A stretch of 19,921 bases of DNA from a virus, in the UHGV virus genome UHGV-0478452. The stretch is one strand, 5' to 3'. Every line of letters starts with the position of its first letter. Within the stretch, counting starts at the first letter, position 1. A model generated the notes under the pieces. The model had not been told where the DNA came from, ran no database searches, and worked only from the letters and a program-made list of their open reading frames with translations. Position numbers and translations under genes: made by a program. This document shows, one piece after another, positions 1-7,353 of this stretch.

Positions 1-593
1 CCACGCATTGCAAAGTCATGACACTGCCAAGGTAAATGGGAGTCGTTGTCACAGGTTAAGTCAGCCCATTGCTTACAAATGCGTTTGTAATGCAGTGCAA
101 TAGTTGCAATCGTACAAGCCTTCCAGATTTCAGCAGAGAAAGCATCTTCAAGGTAACCAGCTACCCAATGGAATCCCTCTACAGTGTTTTTGAAGACAAT
201 CATCGGGACACGCATAGGGACAATTGTACCTTCCTCTACAGAGTAGACTTCAACAGGCAGGTAACCTAAGTCATGAAGCTCTTCCCAATGTTGACGACCA
301 ATAGCATCTGCACCAAGGACACCATTCATGATTTCCAAGATTTCGTCAATGGCTTCTTTCTTATCACGTTCAAAGAACGTTGCATTCCAGTGGTCTACCA
401 GATAGTCTTTTACAAAACGCTGAATACCAAAGGCCACAACACCATCAATCTCTAACGGAGAGTTAAACCACTTATCTCCACGAGGTGTTAAGTTCAGCAT
501 AAGATACTGTGTAGCATCTGGATACTGGTAGAAATGGCCAGATTTGTAGGCATCTGCATTAAGTGCTGCTGGTACTGCATAAAGTGATTTAGT
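1..593 (-). CDS. nadV: nicotinamide phosphoribosyltransferase family protein (NadV/NAMPT-like), N-terminal 197 codons; C-terminus lies beyond the window edge
   Basis: Absent from the supplied ORF track because it has no stop inside the window. Minus-strand ATG at 593-591 preceded by GAGAGAGATAAAAAG; the frame stays open to position 1. Translation begins MTKSLYAVPAALNADAYKSGHFYQYPDATQYLMLNLTPRGDKWF...; DAYKSGHFYQYP matches the conserved D-S/A-Y-K-x-x-H-x-x-Q-Y-P N-terminal motif of NAMPT/NadV enzymes as I recall it. Confidence 0.75.
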
Positions 594-616
594 CATCTTT
601 TTATCTCTCTCAAAGT

Positions 617-632
617 GGGGCTTTTCAGCCCC
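617..632 (-). promoter_or_regulatory. intergenic stem-loop between prs-like gene and nadV (6-bp GC-rich stem, GAAA loop on the mRNA strand); no U-run follows
   Basis: Plus strand GGGGCT-TTTC-AGCCCC at 617-632; on the minus strand this reads GGGGCU-GAAA-AGCCCC followed by ACUUUGAGAGAGAUAAAAAG-AUG, so it is not a canonical intrinsic terminator. Confidence 0.4.
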
Positions 633-640
633 TAAAGTTG

Positions 641-1522
641 TTATTCAATATTTGCTACGGTCACTTGTGAGAAGTGGGAAAGACCACGGTCTTTTTCATC
701 CCCGAGTGAGTTTGTAGTGTAGATATGGTCGATGCCATTGTCAAGAAGATTTTCAACACCTTTAGAGAAAATCCCATGAGTCACATAAAGCTCTACACGT
801 TCTGCTCCAGCTTCACGAAGATACTTTGCAGCCTCGATAAAGGTTCGACCACCGTCACAGATATCATCCAGAATCATGACAGTCTTACCTGTCAAGTCTA
901 CATCATCAAGGATTCGCATACCAGTGATTTCACCAGTTTTCAGGTTTCGTACCTTAGCCATTGTAATGTAAGGTTTCTCAACCTCTTTAGCAGCCTCTTC
1001 AGTCTTCTTAGCTGCACCTGCATCTGGAGCCACTAAGTAATCAATGCGTGGGTCACTTGCAAAGTGGACTGCTGCCTCTTTTTGAGGGAGGTTGTAGAAG
1101 CTCTTAAACAAATTCTCTGCAACATTACTGTGAGTATCCAGAGCACATACTGCATCGAACTCCATAGCATTTACAAGATTTGCAAAGACTTTAAGTGCTG
1201 CTGCATCACCTTTAAACATGTGACGGTCATAGCGAGCATTTGGTAAGAATCCAAAGACAACAGTTTTCAGAGTTGCTTTCTGAGGAATCAAACGGTCAAT
1301 TGCTTCTTTAGCCATAGCCAATGCAAAGAGTGTGTCTTTGTCATAACCTTGTACAGTGAATATTACGTTTTCAATCTTACCAGCAGCATGTTCAGCAAAG
1401 TCTACTAAGTCTTCTGAGAAGTTACCACCAATCTCCCCAGAAGGGAACTGGATAATGTTGAAGGTCTCTTGATGAGAACCTTTGGAATTTGAATTAAGTA
1501 GAACTCGAATAGTAGTTTTCAT
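641..1522 (-). CDS. prs: ribose-phosphate pyrophosphokinase family protein (PRPP synthetase-like; could equally be an ADP-ribose pyrophosphokinase-type paralogue)
   Basis: 293-aa ORF with RBS GAGAGAGATATT before the ATG. Prs-family hallmarks are visible: FPSGE near the N-terminus, NARYDR, LDTHSN, the phosphoribosyl-binding loop VMILDDICDGGRT, and YVTHGIFSKG. Confidence 0.85.
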   Translation of the reverse strand: MKTTIRVLLNSNSKGSHQETFNIIQFPSGEIGGNFSEDLVDFAEHAAGKIENVIFTVQGYDKDTLFALAMAKEAIDRLIPQKATLKTVVFGFLPNARYDRHMFKGDAAALKVFANLVNAMEFDAVCALDTHSNVAENLFKSFYNLPQKEAAVHFASDPRIDYLVAPDAGAAKKTEEAAKEVEKPYITMAKVRNLKTGEITGMRILDDVDLTGKTVMILDDICDGGRTFIEAAKYLREAGAERVELYVTHGIFSKGVENLLDNGIDHIYTTNSLGDEKDRGLSHFSQVTVANIE

Positions 1523-1534
1523 AATATCTCTCTC

Positions 1535-1813
1535 TCAGTCAAAAGTTACAAATGTTACAGCCATAGCTGATTTACATTTCTTTGGGTCTACAATGTGGTA
1601 GATAACTGAACAGTTTCCTGTTCCGTCTGGTACTGGTTTTGTCCAAGTACGTTCAATATTTGGCTCTCCAAACTCTTTATAGAATCCGTTGGAGTAGTGG
1701 TCTATCATCTCAATAGCAAGTGCATCTGGGACGTGACCACGTATCATATACATCTCACTACCATTTCCAGCTTCGCTAATAAGCTCTTTGATATCCCATT
1801 GTTCTCTAGCCAT
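1535..1813 (-). CDS. hypothetical protein (92 aa from internal start MAREQWDIK; the track ORF extends to 1840)
   Basis: ORF 1535..1840 in the track; the ATG at 1813 sits 2 nt after the TAG stop of the upstream gene (1806-1808), so this start avoids a long overlap. No recognisable motif. Confidence 0.5.
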   Translation of the reverse strand: MAREQWDIKELISEAGNGSEMYMIRGHVPDALAIEMIDHYSNGFYKEFGEPNIERTWTKPVPDGTGNCSVIYHIVDPKKCKSAMAVTFVTFD

Positions 1814-2321
1814 GATAAGTTGCCTCATAAACTGTCTCAAGCTTCAACAAGAGTGATATTGCCAGAACTGCATATTCCCTGTCAAGCATTGGTGGCATAT
1901 TATTTTTAAGATATGCTTTCTGTTCCTCCCAAGTCATCTTAGGGGCTTCTGGAAGCTTCTCTCCCTGCTTCTGGTTATCTTCTTGAGTCTGTATAAACCA
2001 GTTCGAGCAATGGTGCTCTCCACCTTTTGTCACGGGCTTATGGTGGCCTAATGTGAAAGCTTTCTTTCCAGAATATCTACAAAGCTTATTAAGGGTTGCA
2101 ATAGTGTTCTTGACAACGCAGTATTCATAGAGGTTGTCAATAGTGTAATGAGGGTAGTACTGGAACAAGGCACTATCACGGAACTTACCACGGTTCCAAA
2201 GCACCATGTGATTAGAATTTGAGGGGTCATACTGATGTGACTCGATGAACTCTTGACGCTCATCAAAATCAAGACGAAGAACAGACATTGCAGCAGCACG
2301 TTTCAGATTTGAATGGTACAT
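1806..2321 (-). CDS. hypothetical protein with a possible HNH-like His/Gly signature (LGHHKPVTKGGEHHCSNW)
   Basis: 171-aa ORF; start ATG at 2321 preceded by GGAGAAATC and lying just downstream of a terminator. The HH-x-P-x3-GG-x5-N spacing resembles HNH nuclease cores but the Cys pairs are incomplete, so the functional call is weak. Confidence 0.55.
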   Translation of the reverse strand: MYHSNLKRAAAMSVLRLDFDERQEFIESHQYDPSNSNHMVLWNRGKFRDSALFQYYPHYTIDNLYEYCVVKNTIATLNKLCRYSGKKAFTLGHHKPVTKGGEHHCSNWFIQTQEDNQKQGEKLPEAPKMTWEEQKAYLKNNMPPMLDREYAVLAISLLLKLETVYEATYHG

Positions 2322-2330
2322 GATTTCTCC

Positions 2331-2360
2331 AAAATAAAAAGGGAACCTTTTACAGTTCCC
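2331..2360 (-). terminator. rho-independent terminator (stem GGGAAC/GUUCCC, 8-nt loop, then UUUUUAUUUU)
   Basis: Plus strand aaaataaaaa-GGGAAC-cttttaca-GTTCCC at 2331-2360; on the minus strand the hairpin is followed by a U-run, between the stop of ORF 2374..2685 and the RBS of the 1806..2321 gene. Confidence 0.7.
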
Positions 2361-2373
2361 TAATCATATACGT

Positions 2374-2685
2374 TTACTGAGCTATTTTCAAGACTTTTAA
2401 GAAACCTTCCTCACCAATTGCATCATAAACGTTTTCAGTTGGCTTGATAAGGTTGTTCAAGCATACAATTTTCTTACGCTTCTTGTCATAAGTAAGCTTC
2501 AGTTGTTTCAACTCTTTGTCATCTTCAGGGTGCTCGTTGTACATCTTCACAGCTTCTTTAAAGCTAATGTAGCCACCACCTAAAGTAAGGAAACCTGTAC
2601 CACAATAGTGGGAGTTGTGTTTATCAGCCATAAACTGGCACAGGATAGAAATCTGAATTTTACGAGTGTTATAAATCTTTTCCAT
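2374..2685 (-). CDS. hypothetical protein (103 aa)
   Basis: ORF with AAGGA RBS upstream of the ATG at 2685; no motif recognised. Confidence 0.55.
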   Translation of the reverse strand: MEKIYNTRKIQISILCQFMADKHNSHYCGTGFLTLGGGYISFKEAVKMYNEHPEDDKELKQLKLTYDKKRKKIVCLNNLIKPTENVYDAIGEEGFLKVLKIAQ

Positions 2686-2696
2686 TTTAATAATCC

Positions 2697-2954
2697 TTAC
2701 TTGCTACGTTTGCGGTTGCGAGCTTTTTTAGCTGCACGTTTAATTGCTGCTGCACCAGTTTGGCGATGAGCTTGCTTCTTGCCACCTTTACCACGTCCAA
2801 CATGGATGTAAGGTTGCTGTTCAATCTGGCTTGCAAGAACCTGTGCAACTGCTGAAGCGTCTACTCCAACCTGCTTACCAGTCATTGAAACGATAGCTGC
2901 TGCTTTTGCCAGAGCTGCTAAGAAACCTGCTTTCATGTTTGAAAAAATTCCCAT
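2697..2954 (-). CDS. small Ala-rich protein with a strongly basic C-terminal tail (KRAAKKARNRKRSK); possible nucleic-acid-binding protein
   Basis: 85-aa ORF, RBS GAGAGA before ATG at 2954; the composition is visible in the translation. Confidence 0.5.
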   Translation of the reverse strand: MGIFSNMKAGFLAALAKAAAIVSMTGKQVGVDASAVAQVLASQIEQQPYIHVGRGKGGKKQAHRQTGAAAIKRAAKKARNRKRSK

Positions 2955-2969
2955 TTTAATATCTCTCTA

Positions 2970-3227
2970 TTAAAGTTTAATACAGAACTGTTTCAGTTCT
3001 TCTTCTGTTACGGAAACCACTTTGTCATCTTCAACAATATTTGTTGCGTAGAAGTTTGACATGTGTGACTTATATTTTACTCTGAAAACTTCAACTTCTG
3101 CAAGCTTTTTTAAAGCGTCTAATCCAGTTGTATCAAAAAGACTCTTTGTGTACTTCTGCCAATCTTCAAGAGTGTTAGGGTTAACCTTATACTCTCCAAA
3201 CAGTGAGCTATTGCAAGAGATGGTCAT
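2970..3227 (-). CDS. hypothetical protein (85 aa from ATG 3227; alternative start at 3290 would overlap the nrdG 3' end)
   Basis: Track ORF 2970..3368 overlaps the nrdG C-terminus in another frame. The ATG at 3227 has GAGGTGAG 4 nt upstream and lies 25 nt after the nrdG stop; the ATG at 3290 also has a GGAG RBS. Confidence 0.45.
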   Translation of the reverse strand: MTISCNSSLFGEYKVNPNTLEDWQKYTKSLFDTTGLDALKKLAEVEVFRVKYKSHMSNFYATNIVEDDKVVSVTEEELKQFCIKL

Positions 3228-3252
3228 AATCTCACCTCTTCGAAAACCCGCT

Positions 3253-3738
3253 CTATTCTGCTCTCCATTGACAGTCGCCTTGCCAGCCATATTCTTTTCT
3301 CCAAAGTATTTGATTGTCAGACCCACGATACGGTTTGTGTGTCGGTTTAGAAGCATCATACTTACCATCTATTACCACGTCAACATATTTCATCACTTCT
3401 AAGTTGATTTTTTCATGTAGCTGGTAACCTGTCCATAACCATATAGATTTGTCTGGGTATACGGTTTTAATCCGCTTACAGATATTTGTTACTGTCTGAA
3501 CATTCCTATCATCAAGTGGTTCTCCACCAAGGATAGATAGACCACTGATTCCATCATCATTCATTATCTGCATAATGCCATAAAGGTTTGCATAAGTAAA
3601 CTCTTTACCAGCATTAAACTTCCAAGATTCCTTGTTAAAGCAACCTTCACAGTGATGTTTGCAGCCAGCTACAAAAAGACTGACACGAGCACCTTCACCG
3701 TTTGCTGTATCGAATTTTCGTATTTCCATGTAGTTCAT
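3253..3738 (-). CDS. nrdG: anaerobic ribonucleotide reductase activating protein (radical SAM activase)
   Basis: 161-aa ORF with the CxxxCxxC radical-SAM cluster motif (GCKHHCEGC) near the N-terminus and WLWTGY / VDVVIDGKY segments resembling T4 NrdG as recalled. RBS GAGGTG before ATG at 3738. Confidence 0.85.
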   Translation of the reverse strand: MNYMEIRKFDTANGEGARVSLFVAGCKHHCEGCFNKESWKFNAGKEFTYANLYGIMQIMNDDGISGLSILGGEPLDDRNVQTVTNICKRIKTVYPDKSIWLWTGYQLHEKINLEVMKYVDVVIDGKYDASKPTHKPYRGSDNQILWRKEYGWQGDCQWRAE

Positions 3739-4130
3739 TAGTACACCTCAACTTCAAAACTCACATGCTTTGTGATGTACTCTTCACAGTGCTCTTTAAT
3801 AAATTCCTGAAGCAGTTCATCTTCCTGAGCACGAGTCATCAAAGCAACATACTTAGGGTTCATTGTTTGTTCAATGCTGTAGAATGAAAGGTTACCAATC
3901 TCTGTACCATCTTCATCACACCATGTACCAGTTGCTACCAAAACTTTACCACACAGTGAGTGGGGGATGTTAAAACCTTCTATCTCAGCAGAACTAATGA
4001 CTTCTTCATCTATCATCAATGTGTAAGCTACATAGAATGAGGAATATCTTCTGTGAGTTTTCTCACAAGAGCCACACTCTAAAGCATAATCTTTAAGCCA
4101 GTTCATTTGATTTTTATTTAATTTAGTCAT
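3738..4130 (-). CDS. hypothetical Cys-containing protein (130 aa; CGSC ... C ... WCDED)
   Basis: ORF with RBS AAGGAAAGAG before ATG at 4130; stop overlaps the nrdG start (TAATG). No recognised domain. Confidence 0.55.
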   Translation of the reverse strand: MTKLNKNQMNWLKDYALECGSCEKTHRRYSSFYVAYTLMIDEEVISSAEIEGFNIPHSLCGKVLVATGTWCDEDGTEIGNLSFYSIEQTMNPKYVALMTRAQEDELLQEFIKEHCEEYITKHVSFEVEVY

Positions 4131-4227
4131 TTCTCTTTCCTTTCAATGTGTTGTATAAAAGCCCTAACAAGAAACCTAGTAAGACAGAGCCTACTAAGGT
4201 GACTAACAAGAATGTCTTAATCATCAT
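4123..4227 (-). CDS. putative small single-pass membrane peptide (34 aa, MMIKTFLLVTLVGSVLLGFLLGLLYNTLKGKRND)
   Basis: Not in the ORF track (below its length cutoff). Manual translation of the minus strand: ATG at 4227-4225 overlaps the TGA of the upstream gene (TGATG), followed by a hydrophobic stretch, a basic end, and a TAA at 4125-4123 overlapping the next gene's start. Confidence 0.35.
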   Translation of the reverse strand: MMIKTFLLVTLVGSVLLGFLLGLLYNTLKGKRND

Positions 4228-4484
4228 CAATACCACCATATTGTTTGGTTGTTATCACAAACATACAGGTACTCTGTCCCGATTTGTGGGACGATGATTG
4301 TAGTGTTGCCTGAGATGACTGTCATATAGTATAGGTAATTTCTACTCTGTGACGTTTGCTGACAATGGTTTGCAGTCATCCAAAGCTTAGTGTGGTAACT
4401 GTCATACACAGCAAAACCTATCAGAATTACTAATGCAATCCCAAGAAACCATAAACAAAATTTAGGCCAAAAATCATAGCTCAT
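4227..4484 (-). CDS. putative membrane protein (85 aa; N-terminal TM helix FCLWFLGIALVILIGFAVY, two Cys in the C-terminal part)
   Basis: Track ORF 4227..4511; the internal start MSYDFWPK at 4484 forms an ATGA overlap with the stop of the upstream gene (4481-4483). Confidence 0.5.
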   Translation of the reverse strand: MSYDFWPKFCLWFLGIALVILIGFAVYDSYHTKLWMTANHCQQTSQSRNYLYYMTVISGNTTIIVPQIGTEYLYVCDNNQTIWWY

Positions 4485-4663
4485 GCTGTGACCTCTTGAT
4501 AAACTTTCCAAACGTTTTTTGTTAAGTCCTCGTCATACCATACCCCATTAGAACCTTGCCAAGACACAGTGTATTTATTTTCAGATAAATGTTTGAGGAC
4601 AGCCTCAAGTGTGCGATTAGACTTTCCTGCAACGAAAAGGTAAACCTTGCCAATTTTCAACAT
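4481..4663 (-). CDS. hypothetical protein (60 aa)
   Basis: Track ORF 4481..4702; internal ATG at 4663 (MLKIGKVYLF...) has GGAGATAA upstream and avoids overlap with the nrdD-proximal hairpin. Confidence 0.45.
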   Translation of the reverse strand: MLKIGKVYLFVAGKSNRTLEAVLKHLSENKYTVSWQGSNGVWYDEDLTKNVWKVYQEVTA

Positions 4664-4682
4664 TTTATTATCTCCAATAAAA

Positions 4683-4722
4683 AGGTGATGTAAGCCTATC
4701 AAGACCTACACCACCTTGTCAA
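4683..4722 (-). promoter_or_regulatory. nrdD-distal regulatory region: imperfect hairpin followed by a U-run, overlapping a TTGACA -35-like hexamer
   Basis: Minus strand reads TTGACA-AGGUGGUG-(18-nt loop)-CAUCACCU-UUUUAUU-GGAGAUAAA-AUG. The stem has one G-U pair and a large loop; only a weak -10 (TAGGCT) follows the -35 at 18 bp. Confidence 0.25.
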
Positions 4723-4726
4723 CTAC

Positions 4727-6868
4727 TTACATAGATTTTCTATCCTGAATTTCAGCAATTTTTGCATCATTCATTCTGGAAGTACCTTTAATCTTAGTCC
4801 AGCCAAGATAACCACAAACACGGTTAATCACAGAGATATCGTGTGAGTTGCACTTAGGACACAATTCAACATCTGCACTTGGACGGTGACCACAATTCTC
4901 ACAGATTGCCAAGTCAAAGTTAACACCTTGATAGAAACCTTTACCCATACCTCTTGTCACACAAGCCCTAATAGCTTTATGATTCTCTGGATTAGCAATA
5001 CGAACGTACTGGATATGACCACCATTACAAGCATGGAAGAAAGGTTCTTCTAAGTCTTGCTTTTCAAATGGTGTAATATCTGCACCAACATTCATGTGGA
5101 AGCTGTTTGTAAAGTATTCTTTATCAGATACACCTTTAACAACTCCAAACATGTTTCTAAACTGCTTCAATTGCGTACCACAAAGGCTCTCAGCAGGTGT
5201 ACCATAGAGGGCATACAAGAAACCATCTTCCTGTTTAAACTGCTCCAGCTTGCCATTCAGGTAGTTTAAAACCTTACCTGCAATATCACCGTCTGACTCA
5301 TGTAATCTCTTACCTTGTGCAAGGACTGTCAACTCATCCAATGCAGTGACACCAAAAGAGGCTGTAAAAGATTTCACAGTATCCCAACCAATTTTGTCAG
5401 TTGGCTTCTTATGACCTTTATACAAACCACCTTGTGTGAATGCTAGAGGGTTAGAACTTGCTGGCATATTAGCAATCATCTCATAACGCTTTTTATGGAA
5501 GCTTCTAATCATCTCAAGATACTTGTCAAGTTCTGTCCAGAAGTTTAAACCATTCTCTTCAGAATACTTGTAAATCATTGGCAGATTAAGAGATACTGCA
5601 CCAATGTTTGCTCGCCCTGTGTAGAACTCTTTACCATCTTCGTCATGATATGGTGATAAGAAAGCTCTACAACCCATTGGAGAGATGACTGCACCTGAAC
5701 GCTCAAAAGCTTCTGCAACAGAACCATGACCAGAAACACTTAAGAAGTCTGGGTACATAGCTTTAGAACAACACTCAATAGCTTTATCATAAAGAGTTCC
5801 CTGCCAAGGGTCTAGCATATGTCTTGTCTCATCATAAATGTAAACCAGTTTAGGGAATACAACAGGCTTCTTAGACTTACCTTGACCATTCATTCTCACA
5901 TCAAGAATAGTCTTCGCAATCATAAATTGCAAGCGGTTGTCTTCACTAGCCATATCTGGTTCAAGTAAACCAAATGTTAATGTTGTAAATGCAAAGTCAC
6001 CACGGCTGCAAGGGACAGTGTTTAGCTTCATTTCCAGAGATTGGAAACCTTGTGTCAGTTCAATCTGGAGTTGCTCTTTAGCATAGTGGTATACATCTTT
6101 ACTTGGGATATTATACTGCTTTGCTTTCTCCAGATGATACTCAAAAGACTTCTTAGCATATGGCACAAGAACCTTGTCAATCTCTGGGATAGTGAACCCA
6201 CCAAATTGCTGTGCAGTTGCTGAGAGTACAACGTCACCAATGACCTGTAAAGCTGAAAGTACAGACTTTGGTTCACAGTATTCGATGCCAGACATTTCAA
6301 AACCACCTTTCAAGACGCTTCCAATGTCAAACAAGCAACAGTTAATACCACCGAAGATTAAATCTCTTAAGTCATGGATATAAATGAATCCCTCTTCAAT
6401 AGCACTTGCTTCTTCTGGTGTCAAGTGATACTGCTTAAAGATTTCTTTTGTCAAATATCCACGGATGATTGAACCTTTTGTAGAGATTAAGCTACTGTCA
6501 AAGTTAGCATTCTCACGGTCACCTAAGAAGAGTGTGTCCTTAGTTTTCTGGTAAAGCTCATCCCAATTCTGTGCAACCTCTTTACGATAGTTTCTGTAGG
6601 TTGAGTATGACTCATAGATTTCATGGTTTACTTCTGCCAGAGTTCCTTCCACAATACTGTGAACATCATCTACAGAGATGAGCATAGCATTCTGATTAGT
6701 TGCTCTGACAAGCAGTCTCATAAAGGCTGATTCAAGAGCATGGATAACTTCTAGTGGTAACTCTTTGTAGCCAACTCTATTAGCTGACTTGGTAACTGCT
6801 TCGACGATTTTATTTACATTTGGTTTTTCCAGTGAACCGTCTTTCTTAATAATTTGTACTTTAACCAT
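4727..6868 (-). CDS. nrdD: anaerobic ribonucleoside-triphosphate reductase (class III RNR) with N-terminal ATP-cone
   Basis: Track ORF 4727..6958; I place the start at ATG 6868 (MVKVQIIKKDG...), which has AGGAG 5 nt upstream and lies after the terminator hairpin. The translation carries the glycyl-radical motif RVCGYLG near the C-terminus and a Cys zinc ribbon (CENCGH...CPKC). Confidence 0.92.
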   Translation of the reverse strand: MVKVQIIKKDGSLEKPNVNKIVEAVTKSANRVGYKELPLEVIHALESAFMRLLVRATNQNAMLISVDDVHSIVEGTLAEVNHEIYESYSTYRNYRKEVAQNWDELYQKTKDTLFLGDRENANFDSSLISTKGSIIRGYLTKEIFKQYHLTPEEASAIEEGFIYIHDLRDLIFGGINCCLFDIGSVLKGGFEMSGIEYCEPKSVLSALQVIGDVVLSATAQQFGGFTIPEIDKVLVPYAKKSFEYHLEKAKQYNIPSKDVYHYAKEQLQIELTQGFQSLEMKLNTVPCSRGDFAFTTLTFGLLEPDMASEDNRLQFMIAKTILDVRMNGQGKSKKPVVFPKLVYIYDETRHMLDPWQGTLYDKAIECCSKAMYPDFLSVSGHGSVAEAFERSGAVISPMGCRAFLSPYHDEDGKEFYTGRANIGAVSLNLPMIYKYSEENGLNFWTELDKYLEMIRSFHKKRYEMIANMPASSNPLAFTQGGLYKGHKKPTDKIGWDTVKSFTASFGVTALDELTVLAQGKRLHESDGDIAGKVLNYLNGKLEQFKQEDGFLYALYGTPAESLCGTQLKQFRNMFGVVKGVSDKEYFTNSFHMNVGADITPFEKQDLEEPFFHACNGGHIQYVRIANPENHKAIRACVTRGMGKGFYQGVNFDLAICENCGHRPSADVELCPKCNSHDISVINRVCGYLGWTKIKGTSRMNDAKIAEIQDRKSM

Positions 6869-6883
6869 TCTGACTCCTAATAC

Positions 6884-6907
6884 AAAAAAGGTCTCCGAAG
6901 AGACCCT
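6884..6907 (-). terminator. rho-independent terminator (GGUCUC-UUCG-GAGACC then UUUUUU)
   Basis: Plus strand aaaaaa-GGTCTC-cgaa-GAGACC at 6884-6905; on the minus strand the hairpin has a UUCG loop and a U-run, directly upstream of the nrdD RBS. Confidence 0.75.
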
Positions 6908-6917
6908 TATATTAATT

Positions 6918-7118
6918 CTACTTAGAAAACTTTTCAATAAGCTTTTTAAGCTTTCCACTCAAATCATGTTTGATATCTAATATCTCAAAGATAACCCATA
7001 CTAGCATAGCTCCAAATAGAGCACCTTGTTTTAAATCAGTAAACAGGCTAGTAACCATGAATGCCAGAGCAATCATCGGAGCATCTTCAACAAAACCATC
7101 CCATAAACGTTTAAGCAT
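6918..7118 (-). CDS. small hydrophobic protein (66 aa; two hydrophobic segments)
   Basis: ORF whose start overlaps the stop of the glutaredoxin gene; translation contains MIALAFMVTSLF and ALFGAMLVWVIFEIL. Confidence 0.5.
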   Translation of the reverse strand: MLKRLWDGFVEDAPMIALAFMVTSLFTDLKQGALFGAMLVWVIFEILDIKHDLSGKLKKLIEKFSK

Positions 7119-7353
7119 TATTCACCTCTGCCATAAAGTTCTGTAGTGTTCCAACAGGTTTCATTTCATTGTCTTCAACCTTCATAATGAAAGGCATCTG
7201 ACGAACAGGTATCTTTGCAATATCCATCAGGTCACTTAGCTCATAATCTTTCCCAAGCATTCTAACAACATGGTCTAAGCCACGAGCCTGAGCAAAGTTC
7301 TTAGCAGTCACACACTGTGGGCATCCATCTTTTGAGTAAATTACATAAGTCAT
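7111..7353 (-). CDS. glutaredoxin/NrdH-like redoxin (CPQC active site)
   Basis: 80-aa ORF with C-P-Q-C at residues 11-14 after an N-terminal beta strand (YVIYSKDGCPQC); start overlaps the nrdB stop (TAATG). Confidence 0.7.
   Translation of the reverse strand: MTYVIYSKDGCPQCVTAKNFAQARGLDHVVRMLGKDYELSDLMDIAKIPVRQMPFIMKVEDNEMKPVGTLQNFMAEVNNA

Noticed and set aside
2970-3368. Possible frameshifted or pseudogenised nrdG, suggested by the overlapping ORF 2970..3368
   Set aside because: nrdG (3253..3738) is a full-length activase with an intact radical-SAM motif and a natural stop. The overlapping ORF is a separate downstream gene with its own RBS-supported internal starts.
6869-6958. Longer N-terminal extension of nrdD (start at 6958, MESLKSLLKS...)
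   Set aside because: The extension would run through the terminator hairpin and overlap the upstream gene. The ATG at 6868 has an AGGAG RBS and begins at the ATP-cone-like sequence typical of NrdD N-termini.
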